A DNA stretch of 32,000 nucleotides, taken from the NCBI RefSeq assembly GCF_000179635.2, contig NC_014833.1, positions 3,360,001-3,392,000 of the forward strand. Direction: 5' to 3'. Position 1 is the stretch's first letter. Each line of letters starts with the position of its first letter. Positions 7,761 through 15,515 of the stretch are shown here, piece after piece. The notes under the pieces are model-generated. The model searched no databases. It was not told where the DNA came from and saw nothing but the letters and a program-made list of their open reading frames with translations. The position numbers and the translations under genes were made by a program. The DNA is from Ruminococcus albus 7 = DSM 20455. GTDB taxonomy: Bacteria; Bacillota; Clostridia; Oscillospirales; Ruminococcaceae.

Positions 7761-9343
7761 TCAACTCCCCCTGCCGCCAGCCGCAGCATCTCTGCAGTGT
7801 ATGCATTTTTGACCTCGCCGCGTGCTATCCTGCCTGCAGCGGTACTGAGATATCCTGCCTTCGCGAAAAATCCTGCCGCAGGCATCAGGCTCTCCACACG
7901 TCCGCCGCACAGTATACCACAGCTGTCTGCGGTTTCTGCCGCGTATTCCATATCATGGGTCACAGTCAGCACTGCCCTGCCCTCAGCGCAAAGCTTTCTG
8001 ACCATATCCCCTATACGCCTGCGTGCCTCAGCATCCAGACCCTTTGTGGGCTCGTCCAGCAGAAGTATCTCAGGCTCGCATAAAAGCACCCTGCCAAGAC
8101 CGCACAGCTGCATCTCACCGCCGCTGAGGTCATATGGGTGCATATCCCCGAGGTGTCCGCAGCCCATACGCTCAAGCATCTCATCAGCCCTGTCCTCAGG
8201 CTTTCCCATAGCCCTCAGTGCATAGATATAATCCTCGCGCACCGTCGGCTGAACAAACAGGTCTGCCGCCTCCTGCGGAAGCATCGCAGTAACAGCACCC
8301 TGCTTTTTCTGCCGTTTCCCGAAGACTTCCACCTTGCCCGAGTAAGCCCTGCAAAGTCCTGCAAGACACCTCAGCAGAGTGGTCTTGCCGCTGCCGTTAG
8401 CCCCGATGAGTGCCAGATGCTCTCCCCTGTGCAGAAGTATATCCGCCCCTGCCAGTATATCATCATCCTTGCGCCCCCACGCGAACCTTACTCCCTCAGC
8501 ACGCAAAGCATCCTCCCCGAAGGTCTTCCTTTCACCAAGAGGCACCTCTCTCTTATGAGGTATCTCAGCCAGCAGCCGCCTGCCCTCACGCACCGTCAGC
8601 GGTACAGGCTCATACCCTGCAAAAGCCCTTGCTGCCGCAGGCATAAAGCTCTCTGCCGCCTTTACGGCTGCTGTTTCACGGGGTGTACCGTCCGCAATTA
8701 TCCTGCCGTCTTCAAGGAATATCACCCTGTCACATTCTGCAAACAGCAGTTCGGTACTGTGCTCCGCAATTATCACCGTCATACCCGTTTCACGGTTAAG
8801 CCGAAGTATCAGGGCGCTCATATCCTCAGCCGTCACAGGGTCAAGTCGGCTGAAAGGCTCGTCAAGCAGAAGTATCTCAGGCTGCATGACAAGTGCCGCA
8901 CAAAGGCTCACCAACTGCTTTTCACCGCCCGAAAGCTCACTCAGTTTCCGCTCCGCAAGCTTTCCCAGCCCGAAACGGGTTATGGTTTCCGCCGCAAGCC
9001 GACGTACCTCCGCCGCATCAAGCCCTGCATTCTCAGGAGCAAACATTATCTCACCGCGCACCCTGTCACTCACAAAGCCGTCCTCGGGGGACTGTGCCGC
9101 ATACCCGACCTTCGGCTGAGGGCTCACTGCCTTCTCCCCGAATATCCTTATCTCCCCTGTCATATCGCCCCTCGGGGATATCTCAGGCTTCAGCAGTTTC
9201 AGCAATGTGGTCTTGCCGCAGCCCGAATGCCCCATAAGCATCACAAGCTCGCCCCTGCCTATCCTGATATCTATGTCCTGCAGTACAGGTGCATCAGCAC
9301 TGCTGTAACGAAACGTCAGTCCCTTGCAGTAAACAGCGTCCAT
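7757..9343 (-). CDS. energy-coupling factor transporter ATPase, fused duplicated A-A' protein
   Basis: Two full ABC cassettes: GHSGCGKTTLL / LSGGEKQ / LLLDEP and GANGSGKTTLL / LSGGEMQ / LLLDEP. Start placed at the internal ATG (MDAVYCKGL...) with ggagagg RBS. The tracked ORF extends to 9385. Confidence 0.9.
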   Translation of the reverse strand: MDAVYCKGLTFRYSSADAPVLQDIDIRIGRGELVMLMGHSGCGKTTLLKLLKPEISPRGDMTGEIRIFGEKAVSPQPKVGYAAQSPEDGFVSDRVRGEIMFAPENAGLDAAEVRRLAAETITRFGLGKLAERKLSELSGGEKQLVSLCAALVMQPEILLLDEPFSRLDPVTAEDMSALILRLNRETGMTVIIAEHSTELLFAECDRVIFLEDGRIIADGTPRETAAVKAAESFMPAAARAFAGYEPVPLTVREGRRLLAEIPHKREVPLGERKTFGEDALRAEGVRFAWGRKDDDILAGADILLHRGEHLALIGANGSGKTTLLRCLAGLCRAYSGKVEVFGKRQKKQGAVTAMLPQEAADLFVQPTVREDYIYALRAMGKPEDRADEMLERMGCGHLGDMHPYDLSGGEMQLCGLGRVLLCEPEILLLDEPTKGLDAEARRRIGDMVRKLCAEGRAVLTVTHDMEYAAETADSCGILCGGRVESLMPAAGFFAKAGYLSTAAGRIARGEVKNAYTAEMLRLAAGGVE

Positions 9344-10176
9344 TGAAGCCTCTCCTTTCCCAGTATAATAAGCGGCAGCATACATTCCGCAAGATATACC
9401 GCCGTCATAACGAGCTCATATCTTCCGAAGTCTATCGTCGGGAAAAACTCCGTTGCTCCGCCCATTGACGAAAGCACCAGACCTGCGGCTGTAAGCAGTA
9501 CCACCGCACCAATGGATACCATGTCCTTAGCCCTCAGTGCCCTCCTGTCAGAAAATCTCACGGGATGCGTGCCGTATCCACGGGCATTCATGCTCTGTGC
9601 CGCACCTGCAGCCGCCTCTGCCGACCAAGCCATGCAGGCAGTAAATACCGCCCCGACTTCTCCCAGCCGACCTGTAGGACTGTTCTCCCTGAAAAGCCCT
9701 GCACCGCGCTGCGCCTCGCTTATCCTTCTGTTTTTCTGTATCAGCCGCGGTATGAACCCGAGGGTCATACTGATAGTCATGGCAAGCCTCGGAGAATATC
9801 TCCCGAATATGCCCAGCATCTCACGCTCGTTCACAATACTTCGCATGACCGCCAGCCATACCCCCGCACCGCTCAGCGAAAGTCCAAGCTCCAGCCCGTA
9901 AAGCATGGATTCCAGCGTGTAGGGACGGTCATTCACAAAGAGCAGGACAGTCATTCCCCTGTGTGAGAATATGGGGTCAATAACAGCCGTAGCCGCACAT
10001 ATCACCAGTACACCTGCCGCCCATTTCAGCCCCCTGCGCCAGCCGTCATACAGCGCCATGCACATAAGCCCCGTCACTGTCCCGACACCTGCCGCGCAAA
10101 GTGACCTGGGGAACATTATCATCACCAGTATACCCACTACAGCCGCTATACGCGTCAGCGGCGCAAAACTCTTCAT
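9316..10176 (-). CDS. energy-coupling factor transporter transmembrane (T) component, CbiQ/EcfT family
   Basis: Polytopic membrane protein with the T-component coupling-helix motif ...SMNARGYG (Ala-Arg-Gly) and an upstream EAQRGAG. ATGA overlap with the upstream gene. Confidence 0.85.
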   Translation of the reverse strand: MKSFAPLTRIAAVVGILVMIMFPRSLCAAGVGTVTGLMCMALYDGWRRGLKWAAGVLVICAATAVIDPIFSHRGMTVLLFVNDRPYTLESMLYGLELGLSLSGAGVWLAVMRSIVNEREMLGIFGRYSPRLAMTISMTLGFIPRLIQKNRRISEAQRGAGLFRENSPTGRLGEVGAVFTACMAWSAEAAAGAAQSMNARGYGTHPVRFSDRRALRAKDMVSIGAVVLLTAAGLVLSSMGGATEFFPTIDFGRYELVMTAVYLAECMLPLIILGKERLQWTLFTARD

Positions 10177-10634
10177 CTGTCCGCCTCCCCGATAAAGCTG
10201 TCAACATATGTGAACACTATCTCGTCACCGCACTCGGGCTGATACTCGCCGCAGTTGATATCGGGGGCTGTACCGTTCACGGTGTATATCCAGCCGCTCT
10301 CAGCACCATAGTCAAATTCTTCCAGACCGCCTATACCGCTTATGTATACTGCCCTGCCGCCCTTGGTATCAAGGTCTATGCCCTCATACCTCAGCACTCT
10401 CGCGGCAACATCATATACGCTGTCACCGGAAACCAGTGCATATCTTCCCTCAAGGGAAATTCCGCCGTTCACCGCAGAGCTGTCCACCTTTATAGTGACA
10501 TACTCTCCGTCCTCTGTGACCTCAGTCGGGTGGAGCGCATAGTACTCCTCAGGGGTCTTTATATCCACAAAGAGGACAGCCGCTGTCAGTACAGCCGCCG
10601 CACCGCCTATTAATATTATATCCCCTGTTCTCAT
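10173..10634 (-). CDS. membrane-anchored DUF4430 domain protein (transcobalamin beta-domain-like)
   Basis: N-terminal TM anchor. C-terminal EEFDYGAESGWIYTVNGTAPDINCGEYQPECGDEIVFTY matches the DUF4430 signature (SGW-Y-VNG ... GD-I-F-Y). Confidence 0.8.
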   Translation of the reverse strand: MRTGDIILIGGAAAVLTAAVLFVDIKTPEEYYALHPTEVTEDGEYVTIKVDSSAVNGGISLEGRYALVSGDSVYDVAARVLRYEGIDLDTKGGRAVYISGIGGLEEFDYGAESGWIYTVNGTAPDINCGEYQPECGDEIVFTYVDSFIGEADR

Positions 10635-10655
10635 GCTCTCAGCTCCCGTCCATGA

Positions 10656-12467
10656 TCAATACAGCCCTCGCAGCCGCCGTATCAGACTTTTTATGCGCCC
10701 CTGTTTTTTAGAAGCCCTCAGTGCTTCCTCATAGAATCTCTTTGCCTTTTCCAAAGCCTTGTCATCGGGGGCTTTGTCGGAAAATCTCAGTTCCTCATAA
10801 GCCCTCTCGGATTCAGCGAACCGTGTGCCAAGCAGACCCTCTGCTTTCTCTGCCAGTACCTCGGGGGGAAGTCCGTGTAGTCCCAGCACCTCCTCCATAA
10901 GCTGTCTGCCCTGAAAATGATCAGCCTTCAGCGCCGCAGTATCATCATGCTTTCTCCGCAGTGACCACCTGTATGCCGCCCTTATCCTGCCTGCCGCCAA
11001 TGCCGCCGCAAGTATGCCAAAGGGCATCAGCATAAGCCTTCCCGAGGTTTTTGTGGTTTCCTTTTCGGCACGTATCTCTGCGGCTGTACGCGGCGGTGCC
11101 GAACGGTATATGATATCCTCCGCCGATGAGGTAAGTCCGTCACTTTCCTCACCGTCCGCGGAAGTCCCCTCGGGAAGAAGCGGAGAGCTTTCTTCATACT
11201 CCCGTGAAGCTTCAAACACTGACCAGCCTGCACCGTCGATGTATACCTCTGCCCATTCACGTTGCTCGCCGTCTGCAAGCCTTGCTTTGCCGCCTTCGGG
11301 CATACTCTTAAAATATATGCCCTTTACTGTTCTCGCGGCTATACCGCAGCTTCTCGCAATATCCACTGTCAGCTGCGCATGATCGCTGCTGTCAGCCGCT
11401 TTGTCCGAAAGCTCATTCCTCACAGCCGTCCTTACAGCTGCAAGTTTAACATCAAGGGGCTGTGTACCGTCCACAGGGTACTTCTCACGTAGCTTTTCTT
11501 CCTCATCAGCTGTCAGGCTGCCGTAAGCAGAATACACATACTCGCGGTAAAGTCCCTCGCGGTCAAGATATTCGCCTTCTTTCAACTGTGTCATCAGCCT
11601 GAATATCTCCTTATCTGCCTGCGGACACACCACGTATCCGCCTTCAGTATATTCCGAACATACTCCTGCAGGGATAAGATCTTCACCGACATTAACTTTC
11701 TCCATCGGCAGTACAGCGCCTGCAGATCCCATAAGCTGACCTTTCTGTGTCATCTCATCGAAGCCTGCTTCACGCAGGGTTTTCATTATCGCTGAACCTC
11801 TTGCATACTGCGCCTTGCTGCAGTGCGGCTCCTCGTAGCTCTCTGCCAGATAAAGGGTCATACCCTCTGCTGCCGATACTTCGCCTGCAGGCGGCAGTTC
11901 GGGCAGCCTTATCAGCACCGCAGGCAGGGCTATTACCGCCGCCCCCAGTGAAAGCACAGCACGCCTCATATCCTTTGCACCGAGTATAAGCACCGATACC
12001 GCCAGTGCGACCGCACCGCAGACAAGCAGGCTGCTGCCGCCGAAAAGCACGCTCCCCGCAGCAGCCGCTATCCCCCACAGTACCGCTGCCGCTCTCACTC
12101 CTGCGGCTGAATACACCGCACAGGATATGCCGCAGAAGATAAGCACTGCAATATAAGCACTGTCAGCCGCCCCTGCCACAGGCACATACATCAGACCGCG
12201 CTTTATCGTATACATATACTCAGCACTGTCGGCACAAAGGGCAAATTCTGCCCTAGCCCTGTCATGGAGGATACCTGCCGCCAGCCCGCCGCATAAGGCA
12301 GGCAAAAAGCCCCATATCCGTCCTAAACGCTCAGCGAGATATGCCGTCAGCACACACAGGAACAGAGCTGCCGCTCCAGCGTACAGCCCACCCCATATAC
12401 CTACTGTCAGTGCCGTCCCCACCCCGAAAACTACGGGTGCGGAGATATACGTTCTCTTTTCTTCCAT
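10656..12467 (-). CDS. transglutaminase-like polytopic membrane protein (TgpA-like) with DUF4129-like C-terminal region; catalytic triad apparently substituted
   Basis: About 6 N-terminal TM helices. Core ...ARSCGIAARTVKGIY...REWAEVYIDGAGWSVFEAS aligns to the transglutaminase core (GIPAR ... HAWAEVY..GW..FDP). A further TM helix and a helical C-terminal tail follow. Sits downstream of MoxR and DUF58. Confidence 0.8.
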   Translation of the reverse strand: MEEKRTYISAPVVFGVGTALTVGIWGGLYAGAAALFLCVLTAYLAERLGRIWGFLPALCGGLAAGILHDRARAEFALCADSAEYMYTIKRGLMYVPVAGAADSAYIAVLIFCGISCAVYSAAGVRAAAVLWGIAAAAGSVLFGGSSLLVCGAVALAVSVLILGAKDMRRAVLSLGAAVIALPAVLIRLPELPPAGEVSAAEGMTLYLAESYEEPHCSKAQYARGSAIMKTLREAGFDEMTQKGQLMGSAGAVLPMEKVNVGEDLIPAGVCSEYTEGGYVVCPQADKEIFRLMTQLKEGEYLDREGLYREYVYSAYGSLTADEEEKLREKYPVDGTQPLDVKLAAVRTAVRNELSDKAADSSDHAQLTVDIARSCGIAARTVKGIYFKSMPEGGKARLADGEQREWAEVYIDGAGWSVFEASREYEESSPLLPEGTSADGEESDGLTSSAEDIIYRSAPPRTAAEIRAEKETTKTSGRLMLMPFGILAAALAAGRIRAAYRWSLRRKHDDTAALKADHFQGRQLMEEVLGLHGLPPEVLAEKAEGLLGTRFAESERAYEELRFSDKAPDDKALEKAKRFYEEALRASKKQGRIKSLIRRLRGLY

Positions 12468-12481
12468 TATCGCTTATACTC

Positions 12482-13405
12482 TCATATACCGTCTATTATC
12501 GTGATACGCTCATCGTTTATGTCCGTATTTACGGCGAATGCGATGATATTACCTTCATCCGCCCTGCTGCAAAGCTTTTCGAGAAAGCTCACGCCAACAG
12601 ACTTATACATCGGGAAATGCAGTACCTCATACATCACAGTTTCACTGTCCGCATTCTCCGTATATCTGAAGTCATCCTCACCGTAAGGCAGTACCAGTCC
12701 GTACTCCACCCCACGCAGGGACAATACCTGTGCCAGACCGCACATAGCCTCTGCCAGTACTCCTGCCCTGTCACCTGCGCCATAGTCCGCAAACAGCCAC
12801 AGCTTGTCCGATCTTTCGGGGATATAGGTGTTTATGTACGGCTTGCCGAAACGGTGTGTAAGTTTCAGGTTTACCTTGCGCAGCGGCTCATCGGGACGTG
12901 CCTCTCTTGCACCGTCAGGTTCATTCTCCCCCACAGCAGCCTCCAGCATATCGTACACCTCAGCCGCAGGAGGATCGGGCATAACAGTTACATAGCCCTC
13001 CGCACAGCATACAACAGACCGCTTTGTTATACCGGGTATATCCTTTCTGTAAAAGCTCATATACCTTATCAGCAGACCGCCGCAGTTATCCTGCGCAGGC
13101 AGCACATATCTGCGTTCATCTCTTATGTCCACATCAAGGGCTGTCCTTTCACCTGTGACTATATTCTCGCAAAGCACCCTGCCGCGCAGACGTTTCTTTC
13201 CTGCGAATATCAGTACCGGAGATCCGCCCTTGTTTATGCATACCCTCTCATAGCTGACATTTACTTCGCCCTTGTCCGCCAGATTTTCAGCCGCAGCCGC
13301 GATCAGCACTGCCAGCATACCTGCCGCGAAGTACAGACCTATTTCATTGAAAAGACCTGCCGCCAGCGCCGCCGCAAAGCACAGCGCGAATATCAGCGTC
13401 CTCAC
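12482..13405 (-). CDS. DUF58 domain protein (vWA-like partner of MoxR)
   Basis: GTG start in a GTGA overlap with moxR. Two N-terminal TM helices. GAREARPDEPLRKVNLKLTHRFGKPYINTY aligns to the DUF58 motif G-R-Y--GD--R-I-W----R. Classical position between MoxR and the transglutaminase-like gene. Confidence 0.75.
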   Translation of the reverse strand: MRTLIFALCFAAALAAGLFNEIGLYFAAGMLAVLIAAAAENLADKGEVNVSYERVCINKGGSPVLIFAGKKRLRGRVLCENIVTGERTALDVDIRDERRYVLPAQDNCGGLLIRYMSFYRKDIPGITKRSVVCCAEGYVTVMPDPPAAEVYDMLEAAVGENEPDGAREARPDEPLRKVNLKLTHRFGKPYINTYIPERSDKLWLFADYGAGDRAGVLAEAMCGLAQVLSLRGVEYGLVLPYGEDDFRYTENADSETVMYEVLHFPMYKSVGVSFLEKLCSRADEGNIIAFAVNTDINDERITIIDGI

Positions 13406-14343
13406 AGGTTCTCCTTGTTTTCGGGGTAAGGCAGTTCTTTGAGTATTTCTTCTAGTATCCCCTCGGGAGTCTTACCTGAGGCACGTGCCTCCCTTGTCAG
13501 CACCAGTCTGTGCGCACATACGGGTATAAAGCAGGTACGTATATCACGGGGCACCACATGATCTCTGCCGTCAAGATAAGCCCCTGCCTTTGCCAGCCTG
13601 AAAAGTGCCAGCGCACCTCTCGGGGATATGCCGCCCTCGGTGTATCTGCTGTCAGCCGCCTTCTGAATAAGGTCACACAGATAGTCCGTCACTTCTTCAC
13701 TGACAGTCACCTTGTTTATCTCAGCCCTGATAGCATCGAGGTCTTCCGCATTACACACCTGCCTGACACTGTCCAGCGGGTCGGAATCCTTTCTATCCGT
13801 AATAAGCCTTTTCAGTGCTTCCCTGTCAGGGGCACCAAGCCTGAGCCTTTCCATGAATCTGTCAAGCTGTGAAAGCGGTATAGCCGAGGTGCCTGCTGTA
13901 CCCGTAGGATTCTGGGTAGCTATCACCGTAAAGTAAGGCGAAAGCTCATGGGTAATGCCGTCTACCGTAAGACCGCGTTCTTCCATGGCTTCAAGCAGTG
14001 CCGCCTGAGTCCTGCCGGATGTCCTGTTCAGCTCGTCTGCCAGCAGAAGGTCTGTCATAGCCGCACCCTCATGGTACACGAACTCGCCCTTGCCCTCATC
14101 GTAAGCCGAATAACCCGTTATATCCGAAGCTGTAGTATCAGGTGTCATCTGTATCCTCCTGAACCTGAGACCCATAGTCCTGGTAAGCGCCAGCGCAAGG
14201 GTAGTCTTGCCCGTACCGGGAGTATCCTCCAGCAGCACATGACCGCCTGCCAGCACACCTGCTATCAGCAGTTCAACGGTATCGTCCTTGCCGATTATGA
14301 CCTTTGTCAGTTGTTCCTTTATTTTCAGGGGAATGGTCTTCAT
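13402..14343 (-). CDS. MoxR family AAA+ ATPase
   Basis: Walker A LLEDTPGTGKTT and Walker B LLADELNR. RTSGRTQAALLEAMEERGLTVDG and ATQNP motifs are typical of MoxR/AAA_3. Confidence 0.9.
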   Translation of the reverse strand: MKTIPLKIKEQLTKVIIGKDDTVELLIAGVLAGGHVLLEDTPGTGKTTLALALTRTMGLRFRRIQMTPDTTASDITGYSAYDEGKGEFVYHEGAAMTDLLLADELNRTSGRTQAALLEAMEERGLTVDGITHELSPYFTVIATQNPTGTAGTSAIPLSQLDRFMERLRLGAPDREALKRLITDRKDSDPLDSVRQVCNAEDLDAIRAEINKVTVSEEVTDYLCDLIQKAADSRYTEGGISPRGALALFRLAKAGAYLDGRDHVVPRDIRTCFIPVCAHRLVLTREARASGKTPEGILEEILKELPYPENKENL

Positions 14344-15515
14344 CTGTTCTTTTCCTTTCTTCTTCGCATAAGGATGCCGCCCGATACAGCCGCTATCCCG
14401 AAAACAGCTATCACCGCAGATACAGAAGCCGTAACTTTTTTCCCTTTCGCAGAGCTTTTTTTCACAGCAGGCGCTGTGGTGTTCCTGTTTTTAGCGGCAG
14501 CCATAGCATCAAGCGTTGTCCTTTGAGGCTTTACTGCACTTCCTTCGTTCATATCGTACACAGACCTTTCGCCCGACCTCAGTCTTTGCAGGCTGCAAAG
14601 GGCTATCAGCGCCTGAGATGATGCAAGCTCGCTGCTGCTTTCGCCCTTTTTGTGAGCGAAGCCGCCGTCATCATTGGCAAAGCTTATCATAGCATCTGTA
14701 AGCCATGCGAACCTTTCATCAGTGTCGGGGTCTATATCAAGGCAGCACAGCGCACATATCATCTGCGCTGTACTCTCACAATTGTCGGCACTGCTTTTGT
14801 TCTCAGCCAGATATCCAAGGGCTGCAGCTATGGTGCCCTCAGCTTCCTCACAGTTTCTGTAAGGTGAAAGCGCCTGAAGTGCCATAGCAGTTATGTCGAT
14901 ATCGCTCCTGCCGTCACCTGCCGTGAGCGAATAGCCGCCGTCGGAGTTCTGTGCAGAGATAATGGTATCTATCATATCTTTCCTGTCGGGGTCTGCTCCC
15001 TCGGGCATCTTCCAGTCACAGCTGTCAACAGCTATCAGTCCCCATATCCATGCGTTCAGCCCCTGCTTGTCCAGTGACCTGTTCTCTCCGCGGAGATAGG
15101 TGCCGCACCCCAGCAGGTCAACACCCGATACATCAGCGGGGTCAGCCCCGAGGCAAAGCCCTGTGAGCACTGCCCTATGCCAGTCCGTAGGGACTATCTT
15201 CCCGATGCTTTTCTCGTCCGAATAATCCTCCTGTATACGTTTCTCCCATGCCGCACGGTACTCGGCTGTATCATCCTCCAGCCCTGCTCTTACCGCGCCT
15301 ATCGCCAGCCAGTCGGAGCTGTCGAACCCGGCATCCTCTGCTATACTGCCCGAAAGAAGGCTGTCCTTTTCGGGTATACCGTTCTTATTCTTTTCAAATG
15401 TGATGATGCCCCTTGCATAGCCCTCTGCCTGACCGGTCTCCAGTGCTGATGCACTTACAGGCACAAGCAGCATCACTGCTGCCGCGGATAATGCCGCAAG
15501 TCTTTTCAACATCAT
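14340..15515 (-). CDS. secreted alpha/alpha-toroid protein (prenyltransferase / squalene-oxidase repeat family; transcobalamin alpha-domain-like) with C-terminal TM anchor
   Basis: Signal peptide (AAAVMLLVPVSASA). Repeated Q-x-x-DGG-[YF] motifs (SAQNSDGGYS, ANDDGGFA). Helical-repeat signatures (DITAMALQAL, SSQALIAL). C-terminal TM helix plus RRRKEK stop-transfer. Confidence 0.75.
   Translation of the reverse strand: MMLKRLAALSAAAVMLLVPVSASALETGQAEGYARGIITFEKNKNGIPEKDSLLSGSIAEDAGFDSSDWLAIGAVRAGLEDDTAEYRAAWEKRIQEDYSDEKSIGKIVPTDWHRAVLTGLCLGADPADVSGVDLLGCGTYLRGENRSLDKQGLNAWIWGLIAVDSCDWKMPEGADPDRKDMIDTIISAQNSDGGYSLTAGDGRSDIDITAMALQALSPYRNCEEAEGTIAAALGYLAENKSSADNCESTAQMICALCCLDIDPDTDERFAWLTDAMISFANDDGGFAHKKGESSSELASSQALIALCSLQRLRSGERSVYDMNEGSAVKPQRTTLDAMAAAKNRNTTAPAVKKSSAKGKKVTASVSAVIAVFGIAAVSGGILMRRRKEKNR

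Noticed and set aside
8138-9346. 402-aa plus-strand ORF, along with the neighbouring plus-strand ORFs 7797-8225, 8410-8646 and 8886-9237
   Set aside because: It is antisense to the fused ECF ATPase, whose Walker A/B and LSGG motifs are unambiguous. The plus-strand translations are Arg/Pro/His/Cys-rich low-complexity strings, typical of stop-poor antisense frames in GC-rich DNA.
12341-13429. 362-aa plus-strand ORF
   Set aside because: It is antisense to the DUF58 and transglutaminase-like genes. It has no RBS and an implausible composition, and the minus-strand genes fit a conserved MoxR-DUF58-transglutaminase order.
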